DNA of 64,000 bases from Chamaesiphon sp. (GCA_965246715.1 CBDFFH010000022.1:96001-160000); one strand, 5' to 3'. Shown: positions 53,683 to 63,385, counted from the stretch's first letter. Notes: generated by a model from the sequence alone, not told the origin. Made by a program: numbers and translations.

Positions 53683-54153
53683 CTAGACAACGGGAGTAAA
53701 TTCAAATACGTCGTGAGTACCACCGCGTAGAACGGATTCAGTATGCATACCACGCAGTTTTTTGCCAGTGATTTCAGTTAATGCACCCCACACAGCACCC
53801 ATCGTAAAAGTACATTTGCGGTTGGAACCTGGAAGTTCGCCAGCAGAACAAACAGTCTCAGAACAGTAAACTTTGATGGTGTCGCCTTCTTGGACGATTT
53901 TATCCACTGCAGTGAGGCGAGTACCTGCACTACCGACGGCTTCGTTTAACTTAGTGGCGATGGTACTCAAGTCGGCAGTAGAACCAGATAAACCTAGCTC
54001 GATAGCGAGGTTTTTACCACGAGTGCGACCAGCCGCAATCAACGAGATCGCTGTTGCTTTTTCGCCGAGTGCTTCTTCCATACCAGTAATTACTGATTTG
54101 AAACAAACAATACTGCTGAATTCTCCGAGGCTAGGACGAGTAGAAAGTGACAT
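53683..54153 (-). CDS. V4R-like small-ligand-binding protein
   Basis: ETVCS..CTFTMGAVWGAL..HTESVLRGGTHDVFEF. Confidence 0.75.
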   Translation of the reverse strand: MSLSTRPSLGEFSSIVCFKSVITGMEEALGEKATAISLIAAGRTRGKNLAIELGLSGSTADLSTIATKLNEAVGSAGTRLTAVDKIVQEGDTIKVYCSETVCSAGELPGSNRKCTFTMGAVWGALTEITGKKLRGMHTESVLRGGTHDVFEFTPVV

Positions 54154-54700
54154 ATTTAGTAACTTATGGTGTTGTGGATACTGGATGCGATCTACTTGAG
54201 TGTCAGTCGATCGACGCTAATTTGGATTTCAGTCAGTCACTAACTGAAAATGAAAACTGGTGATTTTACTTCGGGAGCATCGCACCAACCAAAATAACTA
54301 TCGATCGGCGATCGATTCGAGCGCCTAGCGCAGATAATTTGATTAAAGTTGAGAATATTGTGTCGATGACAGCCAAAAATAGGTTCTAAGCCCTAAAAGT
54401 ATAATGCCCAGAATTAACCCAGAAATCGCGATCGACAATTAAAGAATATTTATTACTGATACTGGTAATACTTCAGGTATATCCTGCATTTTTAAATTTG
54501 ATATCCGAGATAATGACTATCTTGTCAAACGGCATTTCTCCGTAAATTCCACAGTGAGTGTGGGCAGTGTAGGGACGGATAATAATCTTTCTCTCCCTCT
54601 ATGCTCACCCGTTTCTGCGAGAATGCGTATTCCGACACTCCCTAGATCCCCCGCTCATCAGTTAAACTAGAATTGTAAAGTTAGATTACGTCAGGTATAG

Positions 54701-55318
54701 ATGGAATTCCTATCGCTAGAGACAGTCCAAGAACTGGCAACTCAATACGGATATCTCGCGGTCTTTGTCGGTATTTTATTAGAAAATCTGGGGATTCCAT
54801 TGCCTGGAGAGACGATTACGATTGTGGGTGGCTTCTTGGCTGGGAGTGGCGAACTAAATTATTGGTTCGTGCTCGGAGCTGCTGCTGTCGGCGCATTTTT
54901 GGGCGGGATCTGTGGTTACTTTGTTGGTAAATATGGTGGGTGGAAATTCATGCTCGCTTTTGCCAAGGTATTTCGCATCCAAGAACTGCAATTAGAAGAG
55001 ATCAAGACTAAATTTAGCGATAATTCGATCAAAGCTGTCTTTTTCGGGCGATTTATCGCCATTATCCGTATTTTTACTAGTCCGATGGCAGGTGTTGTCG
55101 AGATGCCGTTTGGTAAATTTATGGCAGTCAACTTCGTCGGTGCGATTACCTGGGCATCGGTGATGACGACGTTAGCATTTTTTGTCGGACGCATCCTTTC
55201 GCTCGAACAGCTGCTGGCATGGGTAAGTAAGTTTGCTATCTTAGCACTGGTCATCGCGATCGCCGCAATTGTCGTCCCGATTTGGCTCGAAACCCGCAGT
55301 GTCAAAGCGAAAGATTGA
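54701..55318 (+). CDS. DedA-family membrane protein
   Basis: ENLGIPLPGE, FFGRFI. Confidence 0.92.
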   Translation: MEFLSLETVQELATQYGYLAVFVGILLENLGIPLPGETITIVGGFLAGSGELNYWFVLGAAAVGAFLGGICGYFVGKYGGWKFMLAFAKVFRIQELQLEEIKTKFSDNSIKAVFFGRFIAIIRIFTSPMAGVVEMPFGKFMAVNFVGAITWASVMTTLAFFVGRILSLEQLLAWVSKFAILALVIAIAAIVVPIWLETRSVKAKD

Positions 55319-55547
55319 TTAAAAGCTATGAAATGTTGGTTGGGAAAAACTATCGATCGGTGCGATCCCAAATCCCTCGAAAGTAGGCACTGCCATTACT
55401 TTCAAATTTATTAATCCCTTCATCGATTTGCGATCGCAAATCGTTTACTGTTGCGATATTCGTTGAGTTAGTTTGTGTAATTATGTTTCGATCGCTCCTT
55501 ATCTTACCCAGTCATAACACTCACACCAACAATATCTAACTCTCTAA

Positions 55548-55729
55548 GGCGTTGCTGAATATGGGTATGATTTTTTGTAGGGGTGCTCCTGTCTTGTCGT
55601 TTTTTTATTCGGGGGGAACCCCCGAATAAAAACGCCGCTTGTGGGTACCCTGAATCGATGCGGGGTAAGCACGAGGCATTACCCCTACAAAAATTGTTTG
55701 TGCGTTTCATACATTAATTCAGCAACGCC
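55548..55729. mobile_element. MITE family B
   Basis: TIR GGCGTTGCTGAAT; 8-bp TSD CTCTCTAA. Confidence 0.9.
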
Positions 55730-55900
55730 CTCTCTAACTTGGTGTCGCTCGATAGTAGTTATCTAGATCCTTATAGATCGCTGAATATTGCACCACCTTC
55801 TGGGATGATTCGCTCGATATGCCGTAGGGATGCCCTTTGTGGGTAACCATTATAGATGTGAATTCATTATCGATGTACCTGCGGGTAGTGGGGCAGTTTG

Positions 55901-56003
55901 TAATACTTCTCGGTTAATCTAAAAACTAGTTAGTCCGCGTAGGCGGACTAGGCTTAACTAGCGGCGACTTCAGTCGCTAGCAGTTCTTAACCGAGAAGTA
56001 TTG
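55901..56003. mobile_element. MITE family D
   Basis: TIR (T/C)AATACTTCTCGGTTAA; 10-bp TSD GGGCAGTTTG. Confidence 0.88.
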
Positions 56004-56227
56004 GGGCAGTTTGGATGCCCATAAGGGCTACTCCGACGAGATCCGCTCGAATCGATATCGATCGATTTAATGTGTGGATAACAGCAGCGGGATTCGATTG
56101 GGTAAATATTGACATCGAGATTACGTCAACTAGCAGACGTAAGTCACAGCGAAATCTTCATGACGTTTGGAAAATAGAGCTAACACAACAGATATTTGCT
56201 AAAGCTGCACCAACCGAGAATCACGCC

Positions 56228-56810
56228 ATGAAAACTAACTCGCTTGTCTCTCTCATTTGCTGTCTGACTGTTAACGGCATCAATTCTTGTTATCAGCCAG
56301 CTGTAGCTCGATCGTTACCGCAACCAAGCCACATTGCAGAAGTTCTGACTTCCACACGGCAGAGTGCTAGTGAGACACATAAAGTTGTGATAGTTCAAGA
56401 AGGCGAGAAGTATAGTTATGGTGATGCTGAGGGTTATGAAATAACCGAGGCGAAATTTGACAACACCTACAAATTTCTGGATGGGTTAGCAGCGGTCAAA
56501 ATTGATGGTAAATAACGTCAGTTCGGGATAAGGAAAATTGATTTGCTCCGCTTAAGCACCGCCCTGAACTGGAAGTGTCTCGTTCCGAGAGGCTACGCCA
56601 ACGGGCTAATAACTCAAGTTCTCTGAAGAGAAATGCCGAATTGATTAGTTCGTTTTAACGAACTTTTGCTATGAGCAACTAATTCATTTGAGGGCGGTCT
56701 GGAAACGAAGCGAGGAGTCATCGAGCGGCAATCCTTATCCCGAACTGACGTTAAATAGGTCTTTATTAATAGCGGCAAGAATACCGTAATTGCGATGCAA
56801 TGAATTATCA
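56228..56810 (+). pseudogene. WG/KWG-repeat protein interrupted by a MITE
   Basis: KFLDGLAAVKIDGK|*VFIN; signal-peptide-like start. Confidence 0.65.
56515..56751. mobile_element. MITE family A
   Basis: Perfect TIR ACGTCAGTTCGGGATAAGGA; TSD TAAATA. Confidence 0.92.
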
Positions 56811-56935
56811 GCATGGTATGTAGTCACCTGCGTTCTGAATTATTGTTAAAAACGATGCTGACGATACATTTGCAAGCAACGGTATTAATATCAGTCCCAA
56901 AATAGTAATCGATCGCTAGTAAATTTCCAAGCTAT

Positions 56936-57574
56936 CTAAAACTGAGCGGCGATCGAAATACTTTTAATTAGCTCATTTTTAGTCAATAACTCTTCCAGCT
57001 GTAAATAGGCAGAGATCGACTCAGTTGTTATTTCGTGTTGCTGCTTGTGCTGAAATACCGATAGCGTCGTGAGAATAGTCAGCACATCTCGCGGCTTGAG
57101 CGGGACAAAATTACCACCGATGTCCTTAGATAATAGCTTCGGTAAACAAGTTGGTAACTGCTGCACATTGGTCATCAAGTCGCGTTGCCGGAGCAAGCAC
57201 AGTCGATCGAGTCCAAAATCCTTGTAAACTAATAGGCGAGTACAATCCTCAGTCACCACTTCAAAATCTGACGAGGTTAAAATGCAAATTCCCAGATGCA
57301 CTTGAATTTTAGTGGGTAGCCGACAGACTAATTTAAAATCAATTAAACCCTGATTGCGTCCGGGGGGATAAATCCGATCGAGTCCTTCGATTTTGACATC
57401 AGCGATCGTCCGACCAACTAGGAATGATAAACATAGTAGTAATCCAGCCGCGATTTTCTCTTTATCATCGATCGCGATTGATAGCTCTGGGATTAATACT
57501 TGGCGCTCGACAGCAAAAGCGGCGCTGGTTTTTTGGAGATCTGAGATCGATCTAGAGGATTCTGGACTAGTCAT
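56936..57574 (-). CDS. hypothetical protein
   Basis: 212-aa ORF; no family recognised with confidence. Confidence 0.6.
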   Translation of the reverse strand: MTSPESSRSISDLQKTSAAFAVERQVLIPELSIAIDDKEKIAAGLLLCLSFLVGRTIADVKIEGLDRIYPPGRNQGLIDFKLVCRLPTKIQVHLGICILTSSDFEVVTEDCTRLLVYKDFGLDRLCLLRQRDLMTNVQQLPTCLPKLLSKDIGGNFVPLKPRDVLTILTTLSVFQHKQQHEITTESISAYLQLEELLTKNELIKSISIAAQF

Positions 57575-57673
57575 TTTAATTTACGATTCAGCATTATCCG
57601 AGACATTGAAGGCGAAAATTGACTAAAAAGTCTTTAAACTAGGATTAAAGATCGAATACCACGCTTAGGCAAC

Positions 57674-58345
57674 ATGACAGAATCAAAATCGGCACAGGAA
57701 TTATTTCAGGCTGCTTACGAAAATCGTTATACATGGGAGCCTAATTTCCCTGGTTATACGGCAACAGTCGAATTAAAACAGGGAAATGAAATATTCACTG
57801 GTAAAGTCTCCGTCAAATCCAATCTGAGTGCGGAAGTAACTGGCATCGATAATGAAGAAGCCTGTAACTCCATTATCGGCCAACTGCGCGAAGTCGCGAT
57901 CCACCGCGTCCGTCGTAGTTTTGCGGAAACCCACGGTAAAAATACCTTTAGCTATGGCGAAACCGATGCCACAGGTGCCGTAGAAATCCTCATGGGCGGC
58001 AAATCCGCAGGCGATCGTTATAAACTGCGGAATAATGAAGTCTGCCACGTTCATCGCCATATTCATGGGATTATGGTGACGATCGATACCTTTAGCAGTC
58101 ACGATACAGGTGCCGGTTATCTATCGCATCGTTACGATTCAGTATATGCCGATCCAGTAACTGGCGAAATCAAAAGCGGCAAGATCGTTTTTGAAGATAA
58201 CTACCAAGCTGTCGGCGGTTTCCAAATCCTCAGCCAACGTATTATCGAGGCTGTCGAAAACGGACAACCCACTACTACTGAGTTTAACTTCTCTGATATC
58301 GAGTTATTAGCCGAGCGAGTAGAAGCTGTCGCCGCTACTGCCTAA
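57674..58345 (+). CDS. DUF3386-family protein
   Basis: AAYENRYTW..FPGY..HRVRR.F..THG. Confidence 0.8.
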   Translation: MTESKSAQELFQAAYENRYTWEPNFPGYTATVELKQGNEIFTGKVSVKSNLSAEVTGIDNEEACNSIIGQLREVAIHRVRRSFAETHGKNTFSYGETDATGAVEILMGGKSAGDRYKLRNNEVCHVHRHIHGIMVTIDTFSSHDTGAGYLSHRYDSVYADPVTGEIKSGKIVFEDNYQAVGGFQILSQRIIEAVENGQPTTTEFNFSDIELLAERVEAVAATA

Positions 58346-58375
58346 ATATCTGGTGTCGTCCAGTTAAATTATGTA

Positions 58376-58554
58376 ACCCAAGTTGCTACCTAGCAATGCC
58401 TACGATTAAAATCGGGGCTAATAATCCAAAGTCCGCGTAGGCGGACTGGTTTATTAGTCCGAGTAGGCGGGCTTTTGCCGCGAGCGGCAACAACCGGACT
58501 TTGCATTCTGAGGAGCGGTTTCTAACCGCTTTGGTTATAGGTAGCAACTTGGGT
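58376..58554. mobile_element. MITE family C
   Basis: Perfect TIR ACCCAAGTTGCTACCTA. Confidence 0.85.
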
Positions 58555-58612
58555 TAACGCATAATTCATAATTTATAATTTATTCCGTTGGGTTGTAGGA
58601 GCGTTCTATAAA

Positions 58613-59701
58613 ATGCTGGGATATCTCTTAGCTGTATTGGTAGGTGGGGGTAGCGCGGGTTTGTATATCGCCGCTTTCTTTTTCCCCGAAATTCATCGCA
58701 AGCCAGATTTCATCTGGGGTGGAGTGGGGTTGTTCTATGCGCTGGTGCTGTGGATTTACGCGCCAGAGCTGACGGGTGGCATTTTAGTCGGGCAAGCAGC
58801 TAGTGTCGCATTGCTAGGTTGGTTTGGATGGCAAACTGTCAAACTCCGCCAATTAGTCCCGATCGATTGGCAAACTTCCCTACCCATCACTAAGACTCCG
58901 GAACGTATCGATGCCAAGCAGGCAAATCCAACTCGTAACAAAGCCGCCGCCAAAAAAACGAGCGGATCGCCGGATATATCGCGCCCTACAACAGCAGCAA
59001 CCTCCGCTTCACAAGTCATTGAGCCAGTAGTCGAGCCAAAATCGCCACCTGCTACCCCAGCCGCTAAATCTACGCCCAAACCACTACCTAGCAATGAATC
59101 CGTGCGGGTAGAGATCGCTACGAGTGTACCAGCAAAGCCACCTTCAACCAGAATTATCCCAGACACCTCGATCGAGCAAGATGATGCAGCTTGGATTAGA
59201 TTGGAAGTTAAACCCTCGCCCGATGCTTCTACTTTGATTAAAGAGGTAACTCGATCTGCGCGAAGCGATGCTCCGCAAACTACTCCACCAGCAAAATCAG
59301 CACCAACTCAAGCACCACCAGCCTCAGCCAAGCCTCAGCCCGATCGATCGATTCCCACTCCACCACCACCGCCACCAGCCAAGCCGCAACCGCTTCCAGA
59401 ACAGACAAGCAAACAAGCTAATTCGGTACAAACCTCAGAGGTGGATAAACCGCCAGTTCGATCGGATATAGTCAAACCTGTCGCCGAGATAACGCCACCA
59501 CCTGCACTCTTAGCAGCGGCGAAGCCTTTAGGTGAAGCAACTCAGCCCCCGACAACTCCACCCAAGAAGATCGAAGCTGTACCTGTACCGATCGAACATC
59601 CTCACCTGCAGCAGATTTCACCAACTGCAAATCACAATGCCCCAACCGAGCAAACGGGGGATCTCGATCGACTAATTGCCGAATTAGAGTCTGAGATTTA
59701 G
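58613..59701 (+). CDS. Ycf66-family protein with Pro-rich tail
   Basis: AFFFPEIHRKPDFIWGGVGLFYALVLW. Confidence 0.8.
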   Translation: MLGYLLAVLVGGGSAGLYIAAFFFPEIHRKPDFIWGGVGLFYALVLWIYAPELTGGILVGQAASVALLGWFGWQTVKLRQLVPIDWQTSLPITKTPERIDAKQANPTRNKAAAKKTSGSPDISRPTTAATSASQVIEPVVEPKSPPATPAAKSTPKPLPSNESVRVEIATSVPAKPPSTRIIPDTSIEQDDAAWIRLEVKPSPDASTLIKEVTRSARSDAPQTTPPAKSAPTQAPPASAKPQPDRSIPTPPPPPPAKPQPLPEQTSKQANSVQTSEVDKPPVRSDIVKPVAEITPPPALLAAAKPLGEATQPPTTPPKKIEAVPVPIEHPHLQQISPTANHNAPTEQTGDLDRLIAELESEI

Positions 59702-59763
59702 ACGATTCGCTTACTTGGCATGATTAGAGCGGTAGAGCATCCGGTAGGAACTGATGTTAATTA

Positions 59764-59994
59764 ACCCAAGTTGCTACTTACTAGAATGCCAACGATTGTG
59801 TCTTGAAAAGATGCTCTACTTGGGCAAAGCCCAAGACCGCACTTTTCGCAAATCGTGGCTAATGTTGCAAAGTCCGGTTGTTGCCGCTCGCGGCAAAAGC
59901 CTGCCTACGCGGACTAAAACACCAGTCCGCGTAGGCGGACTTTGCATTACGAGGAGCGGTTTTAACCGCTTTGAGTGTAGGTAGGCACTAATGT
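59764..59994. mobile_element. MITE family C with a degenerate right end
   Basis: ACCCAAGTTGCTAC left end; flanks TAATTA and TAATTG. Confidence 0.75.
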
Positions 59995-60680
59995 TAATTG
60001 GTTAACCCATGCTCTAATGCATAGCGAACTAATTCAGTCCGACTATTAGTACCTGTTTTCCCAAACAGACGACTGACATATTTTTCGACATTGCGCACGC
60101 TGGTTTCGAGTTGCTTGGCGATTTCCTTATTCATCAATCCTGCAGCGACTAGATCTAGGACGCTTTGTTCGCGCGGAGTCAGATCGATCCGAATTGGTGG
60201 CGGAGTTTTAACAATACCACTGGTAGGATTGAGCATTCCGCGCAATTCTGCTGCGATCTGCTTGGCAATCCCTTCCATTTCGGGATTTTGGGAAGCAGCG
60301 ACAGCGACAGTACGACGTTCTAGCAGGTTTTGGACAATCGCGATCAGTTCGTCAGGATCGAATGGTTTGGATAAATAAGCATCGCAACCCGCTTGATAAC
60401 CAGAAATTCGATCGGCTTTCATGCCGCGTGCCGTCAGGAAAATTACTGGAGTTGCCTTAAATCGATCGTCATCCCGCATTTGCTTGAGAAACTGATATCC
60501 ATCCACCTGGGGCATCATCACATCAGTAATCACTAGATCGGGCAACTGCTGCTGCAATAGCTCCCAGGCATCCTTGGCACTACTTGCCACTTGGACGTTG
60601 TACCCGCTATCTTCAAGATAAGCTTGGACTGCTTCGCGCAATCCTGGTTCGTCATCTACCAGTAAAAGTTTACCTGCCAT
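59994..60680 (-). CDS. NarL/LuxR-family response regulator (Ycf29/Rre1-like)
   Basis: Receiver LVDDEPGLR, DVMMP, KPF; LuxR HTH LTPRE..NKEIA. Confidence 0.92.
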   Translation of the reverse strand: MAGKLLLVDDEPGLREAVQAYLEDSGYNVQVASSAKDAWELLQQQLPDLVITDVMMPQVDGYQFLKQMRDDDRFKATPVIFLTARGMKADRISGYQAGCDAYLSKPFDPDELIAIVQNLLERRTVAVAASQNPEMEGIAKQIAAELRGMLNPTSGIVKTPPPIRIDLTPREQSVLDLVAAGLMNKEIAKQLETSVRNVEKYVSRLFGKTGTNSRTELVRYALEHGLTN

Positions 60681-61108
60681 CGTGTTACGTTCCTATGCCC
60701 TTGCAGTCTTCATCTATCTCACTGTAGCAAAACTTGTACGGTTTAAGCCGAACATTGGCAGGAGATGATGGCATTAAGCTCGTTTAGAGTGTCAAGCGCG
60801 ATCTCCAGGCAACAAGACACTACCTAAATCCTATTGCACTATGTCGGTCTGCAGGTCAGTCGTTTGGCGGATTCCGTTTCAATGGTGTTTGGTATGATAG
60901 CAAATAGGTAAGTAAATTTCTTTATTTATCGCGCTATTGTAATTACGATCGCTGTCAATTATTGGCACTGTTGTTATTACTAAGTGTGGCAATCGATCGG
61001 TTGAATCTTCACAACTCGATCTTCCACAGCGGATATTTCGCGAACGCACCAGCAATCGCGCTCATCAATAGCGCGCTCGACGATTCAGATTAAACTCATT
61101 AATTTAGC

Positions 61109-61678
61109 TTGATGCTGCTTGCAACTAAGGCAACTCCGATTTCACTATTGGTCGCAATCTGGAGCTTACGATCCGTACCTATTTGTTTGTTAATGTTAAT
61201 GTTTGTATTCAATAGTGGCAGTATTCCTTCGCCACATCCGAGTTTACACTTTTGGTTCGATACGATCGCGGTTGCGGGGATTGTCAGTATTATCGTCTAC
61301 TGGGGTCGGCAACAACGCCTACATTGGAATGTCAGTTTAGTTATTTATTTATATATTTTCCTGGTTTTATTGCTGCGCGATCCATATGGAATTTTGACTG
61401 CGGCTAGCAGTGGCAATCTCGCCACGATCGATTGGCAATCCCTATTTAGTAGTTTAGGGGTGGCACTAGGAATTTTTGGTAGTGGGATGCTCGTTGAAGT
61501 CTTAATTTCCCATCTGCGCCAATCCAAAGTTTGGGCGTGGTGGCTGGCACTAATTATCTCAATTGCTTATGTCGCGAGTATCGTGTTCTTTTTTTCAGGC
61601 ACACTAGGCATCTGGAGTTTATTCGACACCGATACCAAACGAATGTTTAAGCGAGCGGTTCGTTATGCCCGAGACTAG
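61109..61678 (+). CDS. hypothetical membrane protein
   Basis: About 5 hydrophobic segments; start uncertain. Confidence 0.6.
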   Translation: MMLLATKATPISLLVAIWSLRSVPICLLMLMFVFNSGSIPSPHPSLHFWFDTIAVAGIVSIIVYWGRQQRLHWNVSLVIYLYIFLVLLLRDPYGILTAASSGNLATIDWQSLFSSLGVALGIFGSGMLVEVLISHLRQSKVWAWWLALIISIAYVASIVFFFSGTLGIWSLFDTDTKRMFKRAVRYARD

Positions 61679-61911
61679 GTAAGTTGTTCGACAGCTAGAT
61701 CGATTTTAGCTGATGGTTTTAGTGACTAGTCACTAGCGATGCGCGCTCCTCGGGTTCCCCGAGGGTTTAGCGCATCAAGACAGTGGCTAGTCATAGTAAA
61801 TATTTGAGGATTATTTGCGAGCTTAATAATCGACTGTCGAACGATCGATTTGAATGCCTGTCAGCTTACACACGGCAGAATTAGCGGAGATCGATAAATC
61901 GAGTGGATTAA

Positions 61912-63054
61912 TTGCTAAAATCGAGACCGTCGCTGCACTCGGTCATCATTTTGAAAAATTCTTCATCGCCCCGACTCAAAATCCTCATCTTATCTACGCC
62001 AGTTGGTGCATTGGGTTCTGGCTTAGGGGGCGGAGTCGAACTAACGATCGCCAATTTAGCCCGAGAACTGCGATCGCGCGGACATGAGATCGATATTATC
62101 GCTCCAGCAGGTTCGATGTTGGGTGATTTGTCGATTATCCAAATCCCTGGCGAACTCCAAATCACGGCCCAAACGCAGGGGCAGACAGCACCGATTATGA
62201 TGCCCAGCGATCCAGTCTTGGCGAATATGTGGGCGAGAGCCAGAGACATCCAAGCTGACTATCAAATTATTTTTAATACTGCCTTTGACTGGTTGCCATT
62301 TTATCTGACACCCTTTTTCCAAACGCCGATCGCGCATTTCGTCAGTATGGGCGCTCAGATTGCCGCAGTCGATTTAGCGATCGAACGCGTCGCGATCGAT
62401 TTTCCTGGCACGATCTCAGTATGTACGCGCGCCCAAGCCGAGACATTTAGCTTTGCCGAGCTTTGTCTGCCGATCGGCGGTAGCGGTATCGATCCGGCTG
62501 TATATGAGTACTGTGGCACCCCAGATAACTGTTTGGCATGGTTGGGTCGAATTTCCCCCGAAAAGGCCCTAGAAGACGCGATCGCGGCCGCTCAACGCAC
62601 CGGAATCGAGCTGAAAATCATGGGGAAAATTCAGGATACCGCTTACTGGGAGCAAATCCAACGGGATTATCCTGATGCCCCGATCGAATATCTTGGCTTT
62701 CTGTCTACCGATCGATTGCAACAAGCGCTCCGTACCTGTCGAGGGATGTTAATGACCCCACGCTGGGTAGAAGCGTTTGGTAACGTCGCGATCGAGAGTC
62801 TTGCCTGTGGCGTACCAGTGATTGCCTATCGGCGCGGCGGTACGGCAGAAATTATCGAGGATGGTAAAACCGGATTTTTAGTCGAACCCGATAGTGTCGA
62901 TGCCCTAGTTACCGCGATCGGTCGGTTGGATGAGATCGATCGGGCAACATGTCGCCATGCTGCTGAAACTAAATTTTCGCAAGCGGCTTGGGGCGATGTT
63001 GTTGAAGCTTGGTTTTATCGGTTGGTGGACGAGCGAACCAACCTTATCCGATAG
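61912..63054 (+). CDS. GT4-family glycosyltransferase
   Basis: GGGVE, GRISPEK, EAFGNVAIES; start uncertain. Confidence 0.9.
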   Translation: MLKSRPSLHSVIILKNSSSPRLKILILSTPVGALGSGLGGGVELTIANLARELRSRGHEIDIIAPAGSMLGDLSIIQIPGELQITAQTQGQTAPIMMPSDPVLANMWARARDIQADYQIIFNTAFDWLPFYLTPFFQTPIAHFVSMGAQIAAVDLAIERVAIDFPGTISVCTRAQAETFSFAELCLPIGGSGIDPAVYEYCGTPDNCLAWLGRISPEKALEDAIAAAQRTGIELKIMGKIQDTAYWEQIQRDYPDAPIEYLGFLSTDRLQQALRTCRGMLMTPRWVEAFGNVAIESLACGVPVIAYRRGGTAEIIEDGKTGFLVEPDSVDALVTAIGRLDEIDRATCRHAAETKFSQAAWGDVVEAWFYRLVDERTNLIR

Positions 63055-63088
63055 GGCATCTCTGAGCGGATGAGAATAAGAAATTTCT

Positions 63089-63357
63089 GCCGTTGCTGAA
63101 TTTAGGATGATTTATTTCAGAGTTTGCCTCTGAAAATAAGTAACGTGAGTTCGGGTTAAGGATATTTGCTTCGTTCTAGTACCGCCGACGATTGAAATCG
63201 TGGCTATTAATACAAAGTCCGCCTTCGCGGACTAATATTCCAGTCCGCGAAGGCGGACTTTGCATCATGAGCAGAGACTTCAGTCTCTAGGCTCTTCTTA
63301 ACCCGAACTCACGTTACTTATTTTTGAGGGTTTTTTATACTACAATTCTACAACGCC
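63089..63357. mobile_element. degenerate family B element enclosing a family A copy (63143-63314)
   Basis: GCCGTTGCTGAATT ... AATTCTACAACGCC outside; ACGTGAGTTCGGGTTAAG TIRs inside. Confidence 0.75.
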
Positions 63358-63385
63358 TAATTCCCGATCCCCTAATCTCTATCCT

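Noticed and set aside
54464..54472. GGTAATACT as a SigF/SigJ-type promoter for the GTPase module
   Set aside because: Wrong orientation for the minus-strand module, and too short to be significant
60795..60819. Possible further CAAGACA-ended micro-element
   Set aside because: Too short and lacks the internal hairpin
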